Below, piece by piece: positions 40,461 to 55,304 of a stretch of DNA of 64,000 bases; positions within the stretch are counted from its first letter, which is position 1, and each line of letters begins with the position of its first letter. The notes beneath the pieces are model-generated. The model searched no databases. It worked only from the letters and a program-made list of their open reading frames with translations, and was not told where the DNA came from. Source of the DNA: the human T2T-CHM13v2.0 reference genome, Homo sapiens; NCBI RefSeq assembly GCF_009914755.1, contig NC_060939.1. The stretch is one strand, 5' to 3'. The position numbers and the translations under genes were made by a program.

Positions 40461-43400
40461 TTGGGAGAAAGTAAGAGAAAAGAACTACGGTCTCTGCCTG
40501 GTAATCCAGAGAATTCTTCTGGATCTTAACCAAGACCACCAAGGCGGTACCTCTATGAGTCTGCAAAAACCACAGTTCTATTGGGCTTAGGGCCCAAGTC
40601 CCTTTGAATACCCGGAAAGCATTCCCAAGAAGGACAGGCATAAAGAAGCCCAGACTGTGGAAACTACAATAAATACCTAACTCTTCATTGCCGAGACACT
40701 GAAGAACATCTGCAAGCATCAACATCATCCAGGAAAACGTTAGCTCACCAAACGAACTACATAAGGCACCAGGGACCAATCCTGGAGAAGCAGAGATACA
40801 GGACCTTTCAGACAGAGAATGCAAAATAGCTATTTTGAGGAAACTTAAAGAAATTCAAGATAACACAGAGGAGGAATTCTGAATTCTATCAGAAAAATTC
40901 AACAAAGAGATTGAAATAATTTAAAAGAATCAAAAAGAAATTCTGGAACTGACAACTACAATGGGCATATTTCAGAATGCATCATTCTTAAGAGTGCAGT
41001 ATTCCTTTAATAGCAGAATTAATCAAGCAGAAGAAAGAATTAGTGAGCTTGAAGACAGGCTAGTTGAAAATACACAATCAGAAGAGACAAAAGAAAAAAG
41101 AATAAAAAAAATGATCCATGTTTATAGGATCTAAAAATAGCTTCGAAAGGGCAAATCTAAGAGTTTTTGGCTTTAAAGAGGAGGTAGAGAAAGAGATAGG
41201 GGTAGAAAGTCTATTCAAAAGGATAATATCAGACAACTTCCCAAACCTAGAGAAAGATAACAAGATTGAAGTACAAGAAGGGTATAAAACACCAAGCAGA
41301 CTTAAACCAAAGAAGACTACCACAAGGCATTTAATAATTAAACTCCCAAAAGTCAAGGATAAAGGATCCTAAAGGCAACAAGAGAAAAGAAACAAATGAC
41401 AAACAATGGAGCTCCAATACATCTGGCAATGGAACATGGCAAGGATGCCCACTTTCGCCACTGTTATTCAACAGAGTACTGGAGGTCCTAGCTAGAGCAA
41501 TCAGACAAGAGAAAGATATACAAGGCATCCAAATTAGAAAGCAAAAAGTCAGATTAATCATGTTTGCAGATGATATGAACTTATATTTTGAAAAACCTAA
41601 AGACTCCATCAAAAAACTATTAGAACTGATAAATTCAGTAAAGTTGCAGGATACAAAATAAACATACAGAAATCAGTAGCCTTTCCATATATCAAACTGA
41701 ACAACCTGAAAAAGGAATTTAAGAAGTAATCCCATTTACAATAGCCACAAATAAAATTAAATACCTAAGAATTAACCCAAAAAAAGTCAAAGCTCTCTAC
41801 AATGAAAACTATAAATCACTGATGAAAGAAATTGAAGAGGACACAAAAATGGAAAGATATTACATGTTATTGGAAAGATATTCCATGTTCATGGGTCGGA
41901 AGAATCAGTATTGTTAAAAAGTCCATTATTACCCAAAGCAATCTACAGTTTCAATACAATGCTTATTAAAATATTAATGACATTCTTCACAGAAATAGAA
42001 AAAAAATCCTAAAATTTATATGGAATCACAAAAGACCCAGGATGGCCAAAACTATCCTGAGCAAAAGGAATAAAACTGGAGAAATCACATTACCTGACTT
42101 CAAATTATACTACAGAGATATAGTAACCAAAACAGCATGCTACTGGCATAAAAACAGACACACAGACCAATGGAACAGAATATAGAACCCAGAGATAAAT
42201 CCACACATCTATAGTGAACTCATTTTTGACAAAGATGTCAAGAACATACATTGGAGAAATGACTGCCTCTTCAATAAATGGTTTTGGGAAAACTGGATAT
42301 CTATATACAGAAGAATGAAACTAGGCCCTTATCTCTTGCCACATACAAAAATCAAATGAAAATGGATTAAGCACTTAAATCTAAGACCTCAAACTATAAA
42401 ATTGCCCCAAAAAATTGGGGGAAATCTTCAGGACATTGGTGTGGGCAAAAGCTTCTTAAGTAATACCTCACAACCACAGGCAACTGAAACAAAAATGGAC
42501 AAATGGAATCACACCAAGTTAAAAAGCATCCACACTACAAAGGAAACAATCAACAAAGAGACAACCCACAGAATGAGAGAAAATATTTGCAAACTACCCA
42601 TCTGACAAAGAATTAATATCCAGAATATATAAGGAGCTCAAACAACTCTGTAGAAAAAAAATGTTAACCTGATTTAAGATTTGATTAAACATTTCTTAAA
42701 ATAAGACATACAAATGGCAAACAGGCATATGAAAAGGTGCTTAACATCATTGATCATTAGAGAACAGTTAGATATCATCTCACCCCAGTTAAAATGACTT
42801 ATATCCAAAAGACAGGCAATTGCAAATGCTGGTGAGGATGTGGAAAAAACGGAATCCTTATACACTGTTGGTGGGAATATAAATTAGTAAAACCACTATG
42901 GAGGACAGTTTGAAGCTTCTCAGAAAACTAAAAATAGAGCTACCGCACAATACAGCAATCCCACTGTTGGTATATACCCTCAAAAAGGGAAATCAGTGTA
43001 TCAAAGAGATATCTGCACACTCATGTATTTTGCAGCAGTGTTCACAAATGCCAAGATTTGGAAGCAACCTAAGTGTCCCTCAACAAGTGAATGGATAAAG
43101 AAAATGTGGTGCATATACACAATGGAATGCTATTCAACCATGAAAAAGAATAAAACTCTGTCATTTGCAACAACACGGATGGAACTGGAGGTCATTATGT
43201 TAAGTGAAATAAGCCAGGCACAGAAAGAAAAACATTGCATGTTCTCACATATTTCTGGGATCTAAAAATCAAAACAATAAAACTCATGGAAACAGAGGAT
43301 TGAAAGATGGTTGTCAGAGGTTGGGAAGAGTAATGGAGATGTTAGGGAAAGGTGGACATGGTTAATGTGTACCAAAAAAAATACTTAGAATGAATAAGAC

Positions 43401-43635
43401 CTGTTATTTGATAGCACAACAGGGGGACTATAGTAGATAATAATTTAATTGTACATTTTTAATAGCTAAAAGAGTATAACTGGATTGTTTGTACCACAAA
43501 GGATAAATGCTTGAGAGGCTGGATACTCAATTTTTCATGATGTGATTATTAAACATTGCATGCCTTTACCAAAATATGTCATGTACCTCATAATTATATA
43601 CACCTACTATGTACCCACAAAAATAAAAAAAAAAA
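40461..43635 (+). mobile_element. L1MA2-like element nested in ORF1 of the host L1; internally deleted
   Basis: Partial 5' UTR, ORF1 (ORF 41118-41372), jump to RT at ~41429, ORF2 C-term (ORF 42996-43265), L1MA1-3-type 3' UTR and poly(A). Confidence 0.88.
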
Positions 43636-45479
43636 GCTTTCCAAAACTTGGGAAAGAGATAAATATCCAGGTACTGAAAGGTTAGAGAAGACCAAACAGA
43701 TGTGTCCTTAGCAAGACTACACCAGGGCATATAAAAATCAAACCTAAAAGGTCAAAAACAAAGAGAGGATCCTAAACGTGGCAAGAGAAAAGAAGCAAAT
43801 AACAAACAAATGAGATCCAATTCATCTGGCAACAAACTTCTCAATGAAAACTGCACAGTCCAGGAGGAGCAGGATGACATCTTTAAAGTGCTGAAAGAAA
43901 AGAAAAAACTGTCATCCAAGTATATTGTATCCACCAAAGCTCTTCTTCAAAAACAAGGAAGAGACAGTCTTTCCCAGACAAACAAAAGCTGAGTGAATTT
44001 ACCACTACTAGACTCATAAGAAATGCTGAATGGAGTTTTTCAATCTGAAAGATAAAACATTAACATGAAAAATTTTAAAAACTGAAATTATGAAACCCAC
44101 TGGTAAAATTATGTGCACAGACAAACCCTGAATACTCTAATACTGTAATTGTGGTACATAATCTGCTCATAACTCTAGTATAAAGCCTAAATGACAAATC
44201 TATCAAAATCAATAATAGCTACAGCAACCAGTTAAGATATAGGCAGTGTAAATATGTATAAATTGAGACAACAAAAAGTCAAATGTAGGAGGGTGTAATT
44301 AAAGTGTGGAGTTGCTTTTATTTTTTTATTTCCATTTTCTTTGTGATCTAATATCAGTTCTCATCTCTTTATAACTTATTATATCTATAAGAATTTTTAT
44401 AAGCCTCATGCTAACCACAGTGCAAAAACCTATAATAAATACACTAAACATAAAAAGCAGTGAATTAAAACACACTTATGGAATCAACCTAAGTTCTTAT
44501 CAATGAATGAATGAATGAATAAAGAAAATGTGGTATACATACAATAGAATGTTATTCAGCCATTAAAAAGCATGAAATCTTGTCATTTGCAGCAACATGG
44601 ATGGACCTGGAGGTCACTATGTTAAGTAAAATAAGCCAAGCACAGAAAGACAAATATCTCATGTTTTGATTCACATGGGAACTAAAAAAGTAGATCTCAT
44701 GAAGATAGAGAGTAAACTGGTGATTACCAGAGGCTAGGAAGAGTGCGGTGGGGGGAATGAAGAATGAAGTGAGAGTGATTTATGGGTAGAAATATATAGT
44801 CAGATAAAAGAAATAGGACCTCGTGTTTGATAGACCAGGAAGGTGATTATAGTTAACAATAATCCATTGTATCTTTCAAAATAGCTAGAAGAGAATAATT
44901 CAAATGTTCCTAGCATAAAGAAAAGATCAATATTTAAGGGAAGTGCTATAGTTTGGATATTTGTCCCTCCAAATATCATGTTGAAATTTGGTCCCCAGTG
45001 TTGGAGATAAGACCCAATGGGAGGTGTTTGGCTCATGGGGACAGAGCTCTCAGGAAAGGCTTGGTGCCATTCTTGTAGTAATGAGTGAATTCTCACTCCA
45101 TGAGTTCCTGTGAAAGCTGGTTGTTAAAAAGAGCCTGGCATCTCTTCCCTCTCTCTCTGGCATCCTCTCTTACCATATGATCTCTGGACAAGCCAGCTCC
45201 CCTTTACTTTGTCATAAGTTGAAACAGTCCAGGCCCTCACCACAAGCTAGGCTGATACCAGCACCATCCTTCTTGTAGAACATACAGAACCATAAGCCAA
45301 ATAAGCCTCTTTACTTTATAAATTACCCATCCCCAGGTACTCCTTTTTAGCAACACTAAACTAAAACAGTGATGAATATCCCAATTATCCTAATTTGATC
45401 TTTACATATTATATGACTGTATCAAATTGTTACATGTGCTCCCAAAATGTATGCATCTACTATGTATCAATTTAAAAAA
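43636..45479 (+). mobile_element. Host L1MA resumes: ORF1 end, spacer, ORF2 3' end, 3' UTR
   Basis: ORF1 C-terminal DNA from 43636; jump to ORF2 end at ~44478; 3' UTR ends TATGTATCAATTTAAAAAA. Confidence 0.82.
44944..45368 (+). mobile_element. MSTB-like MaLR solo LTR inside the L1MA 3' UTR
   Basis: TGCTATAGTTTGGATATTTGTCCCTCCAAA...TTTATAAATTACCCA...AAACTAAAACA. Confidence 0.9.
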
Positions 45480-45900
45480 CTCTTAGTGGGATTTTGATTG
45501 ATATTGTATTAAACGTACAGGTCAGTTTGGGCAAATTGACATCTTTATGATATTTACTTTAATAAGATATGGTATATCCTCTTTATTAAAAATAAGTAAT
45601 ATAGTTTTTAGTATACACATTTTGTATATTTCATGGTAGATTAGCACATGCTTCATCTGTACCTTTTGGGATAGTTACATGATTTTTATTTTTTATTTTT
45701 AATGTAATGAATTTTATTACCTGACTTTCAAATGCTAAACGAAACTTGTATTTTTAGAATTACTTTCACTTGATTGTCATGTATTATCCACTTAATATAA
45801 TGCTGGATTCAATGTGCTAATATTTCTCTGTGTTCATGAAAGATATTGCCCTGTAATTTTTGATAATGTAATAAATTTTTAATAACAGAGTTACATTAAC
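45480..45900 (-). mobile_element. L1ME ORF2, right part (continues 37855-39325)
   Basis: AATTTCTACACAAA | ..GTGGGATTTTGATTGATATTGTATTAAAC is contiguous in antisense L1. Confidence 0.8.
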
Positions 45901-47640
45901 AATCACAAAACAAACAAAAATACACATTTATCTCTTTCTGCAGTTATGTTTAATAAAAATAAATACACTAAAAACAACATGGGCATATAAGAGTTATCAT
46001 TTTAATTTGTAATAAAAAGGAAAGCCTTAGCAAACTAGAAATGGAAAGGAACTTCTTTTATATGATAAAGAGTATCTTACAAGAAGATCACACCCAATAA
46101 CACAGTAAATGATCAAATATTGAGATCTTTCCAAATGAGATCAAGAAAGAAACAGAGATGCTTACTAACACTACCTTTGTTTGATGTCATACTGTAACTC
46201 CTACCAGGGCAATAAGGCAGCAACAACGAAAATAAAAGTCATAAGTATTTAGGAGGATACATAAAACTATTATGTATCAGAGAGACAACATGATTGCTAT
46301 AAAGAAAATCCAAGATAATTTACAGACAAGAATTAACAAGTAAATGTAACAAGTTTTCTGCTAACAAGGTTAACATAAAATCAATGATACTCCTACATAG
46401 CAGTGGCAAATAACTGGAAAATTAAATTTTAAAAGGCACATTTTGCAATAATATAAATAATTACAAAATACTTAAAAACCAATGCAGCACAAAGGAAATG
46501 TTACCACATGGAAATTCAGATCTTTGGGAAGAAATAAATAGTATTGGGCATGGTAAATATTAGGATAATTTTAAGAATTTTTTAAAAATCCTCTAAAAGT
46601 CAATTGACTATTTAAATAAAAAATAAAAACAAAGAATTTTGCTTAATAACACATGGAACTAAAATACTTGAAATAATAGTATAAAGGACAAGGTAAAATA
46701 TAAATGGAATTACATTGTTATGGGTTCTTACAGTGTACAGAAAGTACATAATATTAATTAAAGGTAGACTGTGAAAAGTTAAGGATACCCATTATGATCC
46801 TGACTAAAACCTACTAAAAATAATAGGAAGAAGTTAAATAACCAATAGAAAAGATAGACAAAATAGTAAAAATATTTTTTGTGAAATAAGGGCCACAGAA
46901 TAAAAAGAAAAAATCAGAAATAAATAAGATGGTAGACTGACGTTCAACTGTATTGATCATTACATTAAATGTAAATGAATTAAACACCCCTATTTAAAAA
47001 TAGAGATTTTTAGATTGGATGAGAAATAAGATCCGACTCCACATTGTTTGCAAAGAGACATACTTTCAACCTAAAGTTGAAAGTCAAAGGATAGGGAAAG
47101 ACACAGTATGCAAAGAATAAGCATAAGAAAGTTCATGTAGCCATATTAACAATAGAAATATGAATTTTAAGACAATGAATGCTGTTGTAATCATAGGAGA
47201 GTTAGTTTGTGAGGAATGAAGCAATCCTAGAGATGTATTTTCTAATAACAGACCTTCAAAACATGTGAAGCATCATCAAGAGGAGGCAACATGAACTGCT
47301 AAACCCTAAACTATGGATGAATCTCACAACAAATAACACAAAGTGGAAGAAACCAGATATGCTGTATTACATACTGACGATTTCATTCGCATGAAGTCTG
47401 TAACAGGCACAATTAAGTCATGGTAATAGAAATCAGATCAGTGCTTGCCTGGGGCAATGCAGGTTGGTTGGGATTGATAGCAAAAGTGCACTAGGAAGCT
47501 TCCCTGGATGATGAAAGTGTTCTGTTTGATGTGTGATGGAAATGACACAGGTGTATACATGTGCCCAAATTCACTGAATGCACATTTAACAGCCATGCAT
47601 ATTCTCACGCCATTTATGCCTCAATAAAATTGATTTTTAG
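45900..47640 (+). mobile_element. Rearranged old L1ME fragments (RT piece, spacer/EN piece, 3' UTR)
   Basis: CTTAGCAAACTAGAAATGGAAAGGAACTTC; ATTACATTAAATGTAAATGAATTAAAC; CCTCAATAAAATTGATTT. Confidence 0.75.
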
Positions 47641-47648
47641 AAGTATAA

Positions 47649-48082
<434 letters not shown>

Positions 48083-48219
48083 TCTGTATTTTTTTTTTTT
48101 ATTATACAGTATCCGAAATTTATATTTGTTTCCAGTGAGAGGTTTGACCTCATATAAGATCTTCCATCATAGCTGGAAGCAAGAGTCCTGTTGCCATATT
48201 TTTTTAATTGCTAGAAAAT

Positions 48220-48320
48220 GTACACTTTCTAGATTTGGAGAATGAGGTAAGGAGATGAGTAACTTATCCCAAGGTCACACAACGTCTAAGTTGAAAATGA
48301 GGATCAGAGCTCAGCTAGTC
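48220..48320 (-). mobile_element. MIR fragment
   Basis: GTAACTTATCCCAAGGTCACACAAC. Confidence 0.65.
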
Positions 48321-49084
48321 ATTTTCTAGAGTCTACCGTTGTAATGACTTTGGAGAGTGCGTTTATGGAGAGGGTGAGTTCTGAGAGATGAACGTGGGTA
48401 GATGGAGAGCTTGTTGATTGGATGGTCCATTTACAGATGTTTTCTCTGCTATACGAATTATGACAGGGAGTTATGCCAGGATTTTCAGAAGGTAAGATCA
48501 TTTCTCCTGTTGCTGCTGCTAAAAAATGTTTTGTTTTTCAGTGACCTTATAGTATTCTAAAGAGGCTTGCGGGAAGGAGCATCTTGGCACTACCCCTATC
48601 TTCTGCTGTAAACTAATTAAAACCACATTCAAAGCCAAGCATAATTATGGAGGAAAATCTGCGGCCAAAAATGAAAAATTACATTCCATATAAATGATTT
48701 TGGGGTTATCTGAGAATAGATAATGGAATGTTGAGTGTATTATGTCATATTTGTTCTAAAATTTCATTAAGTTTAGTGAACTTAACCTTATATATAACTG
48801 CCAGATATTTTTCCATTACATAAAAAATGTTCAAGTTGAATGAGAAGTCAGGATGCTTCTATACCAGGTAGTTTTCCATTTTAGCTCTGGTTTGACTAAG
48901 ACAGTTCCATCACGTTGCCATGAGTTTGTAGTGAACTTTTAGATTTATGTCCCTGCACTAAACATGGCTCTCAAAAATAATACAGGCAAAATTCTCCACT
49001 TTTAAAGGAAATCTAGATTCTATCATAGGAATATACAGGAAAACATGACAATATAGAGGAGAGAAATCCTACCCAAAGATTGAT

Positions 49085-49850
49085 TCCCATTTACTCAGTT
49101 TCCCCTATTGTTAACATCTTACGTTATTGTGGTACATTTGTGACAACTAATGAACTAATATTGTTACATAATTTTTAACTGAACTTCATACTTTGAATTC
49201 TCTTCATTTTTACCTAGTGTCCTCTTTCTGTCTCAGGATCCCATCCAAGATCCCACATTACATTTAGTCATCATTTCTCCTTGGGCTCCTCTTGGAGGTG
49301 ACAGCTTCTTTGATTTTTCTTGCTGGTGACCTTCGCAGTTTTGAGGAATACTGGTCAGGCATTTTTGTAGAATGTTCCTCACTTGGGCTTTGTGTAATGT
49401 TTGTTTCATGATGTGACTGACGTTATGGGTTTTTGGAAAAGCACTACAGAGGTAAAGTGCCATTTTCATCATATCATAACAAAAATACATACTATCCACA
49501 TGATTTGTCATTGATGATGTTAACCTTGATCTAGTGTTTATCAGGCTTCTTTTCTGTTACGTTACTCTTTTACCTTCTTTTTATGCTATTCCCTTTAGAA
49601 GGAAGTCTCTATGTGCATCCCACACTTAACGAGAAGGGAGTTATGATTTGTCTCCTTAAGAGCAGAGTATCTATCTGAATTATTTGAAATCTTCTGTATG
49701 TGAAATTGGCTATTCTCTCCAATTTTTAAGAACTTATTCAAACATTTATTAATGTTAGTACAGAGACTCATGAACATTTATTTGGAAATGTGTGTTATTC
49801 TGCAATATTACATTGTTTATTTTGTCACTCAAACCAACTTGCTTTGGTAT
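49085..49850 (-). mobile_element. L1MC (L1MC1/2-like) 3' UTR
   Basis: CAGTTTCCCCTATTGTTAACATCTTAC; CAGGATCCCATCCAAGATCCCACATTACATTTAG. Confidence 0.85.
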
Positions 49851-49889
49851 CTCTCTTCAACACTGAACTTGAATTTTTAATTTTATACA

Positions 49890-50720
49890 TTTGCTTCTTT
49901 CCTATTACCTTCTTTATTTCCCTCAATGTAATCATCACAATCTGCTATTATTTGGTTTATCTACTTAATCCATTTATTGTCTGCCTCTCCCACTAGAACA
50001 TACGCTGCACAAAGGCAGGGACCCTGTGGCCTTGCTTACCACTTTATCTTTAGAATGCAGTGTAGTGCTTGGCATGCATAGGTGATGAAGTATTTACAGC
50101 GAGTGCCCCATAGACACCCCAAACCTACTGTGTCACAAATGAAGCTCCTTTCAGACTTTCTGTTATTCTTGATTACTCCACGTTAGAAAATGACCTCTTG
50201 CCCCATCTCCCACATGCAGTCGATATCCAAATCTCATAACATGCACCTGAAAAATGGTTCCTTAATCTAACTCCAACTCTTAATTTGTATTCCTTCTTCT
50301 TGAGTCTTGGTTCTCATCTCTCTCACCAACCTCCCAACCAGTCTAATTGCCTCTAATCTTCCTACTCCAGTGGTTTGAAAACTTTCATTCTAGAGAGGCA
50401 TGCAAACCTGGCAAGATCTGTCCTCTGCTTAAAGATCCCTGTTGGCTTTGCTTCCTGAGAGGATAAAGTTCAAATTCTTCACATGGATTTAAAACCGTTT
50501 GGAACTTGGGTCCCACTCATCTCTCCAGCCCATTCTGTGTCACCCACTGTAACCCTCTTCCAGGCACTTCAGTCTCAAACATTCCATGCTCTCCCCAACC
50601 TTGAGAGTACCCCACTCCTGCCATCTCTGGCTTTGTCTCCCTCCCAAATTACCCTTATTGTTCTTGACTCAGATCAAAGTCTGTCCTGCTTTTCCTAATT
50701 CCCTCAGGTGGAGTTATTTT
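49890..50720 (+). mobile_element. L2 fragments
   Basis: ATTGTCTGCCTCTCCCACTAGAAC..GGCAGGGACC; GAGAGGATAAAGTTCAAATTCTT. Confidence 0.7.
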
Positions 50721-50889
50721 CTATTGGCTGAAAAAGTTTCTTGCCACCGTTGAGGCTGCCTACTCAATCTGTCAAATGGAAAAGGTGGGTACGTCCAGAG
50801 CACAGCCAAGTGTATGACAGAGAGGAAGAAAGCCCGAATTCTTGTAACAGTATTACTATTACATCTCTATTTTGCAAAACTCAATCTTA

Positions 50890-51557
<668 letters not shown>

Positions 51558-52273
51558 GCTGAATAGGATTAGGAATATTCATTCAAGAACATGAAACTAT
51601 AATGAGAAACCAGAATGGAAATGATGAGAGAAACCAACTGTTTGGCCTGTGGCTTCCACTGAGTCAGGCTGAGCTGGGGGCTGAGCTTTCATGCCTCAAA
51701 GACCTGAGAGAAAAGCACATGGATGTTCAGGCCAGAAGAACATGTGGAAACCATGCACTTCCTATTACAAAGAGCCTTCTTGGAGGGTGGAGTCCTTCTA
51801 CCAGGATTGGGTGTTATCATCTGTAGTTACTCAGCTGCACATATTTCACCCTTGGACTTGAGCCATTCAGGTTTCAAAAATGAAAGGAGGTCACTCAGAC
51901 CAGAATGCTTCTCACAGCCCTTCCCTGATATAGTGGGATAGATTTCCTATTGTAAGGGAGGAAGAATGAGAGAGGAGGAGGATCCTACTCTCAGGATAGC
52001 TATAAAATATGGGCAGGTCTGGTATGGCTCAGTTTAGCTTGTCAGCCTGTGCACAGGACTACAGAAGCATAAGGCTCATTTGGCTGGCAAGAGGAATGGC
52101 TACTCCTGCTTGGAAGATGAAAATAATAAAAGATATTGCTTCACCTGGAACATTTTAATATTAATTATATCGTTAATTGTATGGGGCTGTACAGTTTACG
52201 AAAATGTTCATATATACTATCTCATTTGATTCTTCACACTAACCCTGGGTCGTAGGGTTATAGCCCAAAGCAC

Positions 52274-52295
52274 GTGTGTGTGTGCATGTGTGTGA

Positions 52296-52339
<44 letters not shown>
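52274..52339. repeat. (GT)n microsatellite, Z-DNA-prone
   Basis: About 65 bp of nearly uninterrupted alternating purine-pyrimidine. Confidence 0.97.
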
Positions 52340-52340
<1 letters not shown>

Positions 52341-53219
52341 CTGTGTATTTTCCTCTCTCTTTGACCTCTTCCCCCACCACCATCCAAAATAAAACTAGGA
52401 GCAAAAGTCTATTCACAGGTACAATTTTCTTAAAACTGGATAAGACTAGAGATAAGAGGAAAGAGGAAGAAGCTAAAAGGTAACTTGAACAAGAGAGAAG
52501 GAGTACAAGGAACAGGTCTTTGAATTAGCGTGAGGGATCCTCCTTCCAGGAAGGCCAAGAAGTAGGGTAGAAAGGATTTAGTTCGGAGCTGACTTAAGTG
52601 CAAACCCCGTTGCCAACCAGTTGCCTATGGATGACTCATCAACAGATAGTCATAAACATTCGTCAGACCATTTAACATTGGGTAGGAAACTTGGACAACT
52701 TGTGTGGAAATGGGCTGAGAACCCTCCAACTTCACACAAGTTGGAACTGAGCAAAGCATTTGGAATTTTACTAGGAACTAGGGTAATGGGAAACACACTT
52801 AAACACGTGGGGCACCCATTTACATCTGTAAACTAGGATAATAGGTATTGTCAATTATTCTTAATAAAGGATGACTCTGAAGCCAAAAATTATGGGAAAC
52901 TCACCAAAGGTATAGAAGCAGGAAGTAGCAAAACCTGCACTCACACTTCTGACTATTAGGCCAGTGCATTTTCTACTGCAAAAGGCAACTGCTGGGGAAG
53001 TGGCCAAGAAAGGCCAGATTGAAATTCAATAGCCATGCGTCTTTCCCTGCTGTGCTATGAACAGCCAAATAAAAGTTACTAACAAAAGTTCTTATTCATT
53101 TTCTGTGCTCACAGAGTCTGGGCCAGACAGCTGGTGATACCAACCTGCGTAACAGGAGTTAAGATGATTAGGGCAGTTTGAGAGGTGAGGTGGGAGAGAT
53201 GCAAAGTCTGAAGGAAAAA

Positions 53220-54330
<1,111 letters not shown>

Positions 54331-54726
54331 AGCAGCAGGAGGGGGCCTGTGGCTGTCACAGCAAGGAGATGATTAGGGCAGAAAGTTACCAGAAATTCCT
54401 TGAGAGCTTCTGTTAGCTTCAAACCTGGAACAGTTCTCTCTGCCCTATTCATCTCTGCCTTGCTGATCCATGCCCCCTAGATTTGTTTTATTTTTTTTAT
54501 TATCCACTATAAAAATGTCATGTGCTCCTCATAGAATGTTTGGGAAATACAGAAAAAGTAGGAGGAGATTAAAACAATCCCCCATAGTGCTGTAATCCAG
54601 AAGTAACCATTGTAAAGCTGCTGTATTTACTTTCACAGTTATTTTTAGTACATTGTTGACAAGGTTCTAGTCATATGAAATATATCTAATTGCATATATT
54701 GATTTTAATATCATTTTATGACCACC

Positions 54727-54924
54727 AATATAATATGAATTCGCTGTAATATGTGTTAGTGTAGGGTAAAAAATTGGGGGGGGTGGAATTGAAAATCATA
54801 AAGGGAAAATAGCAAATCATAAAGGGAAAATAGCAAATATAATATGAATTCACTGTAATATGTGTTAGTGTAGGGTAAAAAATTGAGGGGGGGAATTGAA
54901 AATCATAAAGGGAAAATAGCAAAT
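54727..54924. repeat. Tandem duplication of a ~90-bp unit plus an extra 21-bp sub-duplication
   Basis: Copies 54727-54817 and 54836-54924; CATAAAGGGAAAATAGCAAAT repeated between them. Confidence 0.95.
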
Positions 54925-55304
54925 CTCCCATGTCTCACCTTCCACAGTAAACATTTTATTACATTTTCTTATGTTTATTTTCATGTAATTTATGTAGTTG
55001 AAAGCAAAATGCACCCACTAATTTTTAAGTATACTTATAAGGGATATCAATAAGTACTAGGTAAAAGATGACATAAAGAGAGGCATCATTTAGGTTCATA
55101 TCTGCCACTAATTTTATTAGGTTCTAGTTCTGTCAAAATGACACAGGATCCTTAATATGGGTTTTATATGTGCAGAATACCAAGATTCCAGTAGTTCTGT
55201 GCAGCATTGTTCTTCATTGTTAAAAATAACTTTCTTAGAATAGAATTATTCCAACATTTGCTATATTTGCTATTGGTTTTAAGAAGAATTAATTACTTTA
55301 AAAA

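Noticed and set aside
39327-45479. Active or intact L1 ORF1/ORF2
   Set aside because: Many stops and frameshifts plus large internal deletions.
48435-48496. Possible small plus-strand exon ending AAG|GTAAGA (also CAG|GTAAGA at 60550)
   Set aside because: Isolated splice-like motifs are expected by chance; no frame or partner exons support them.
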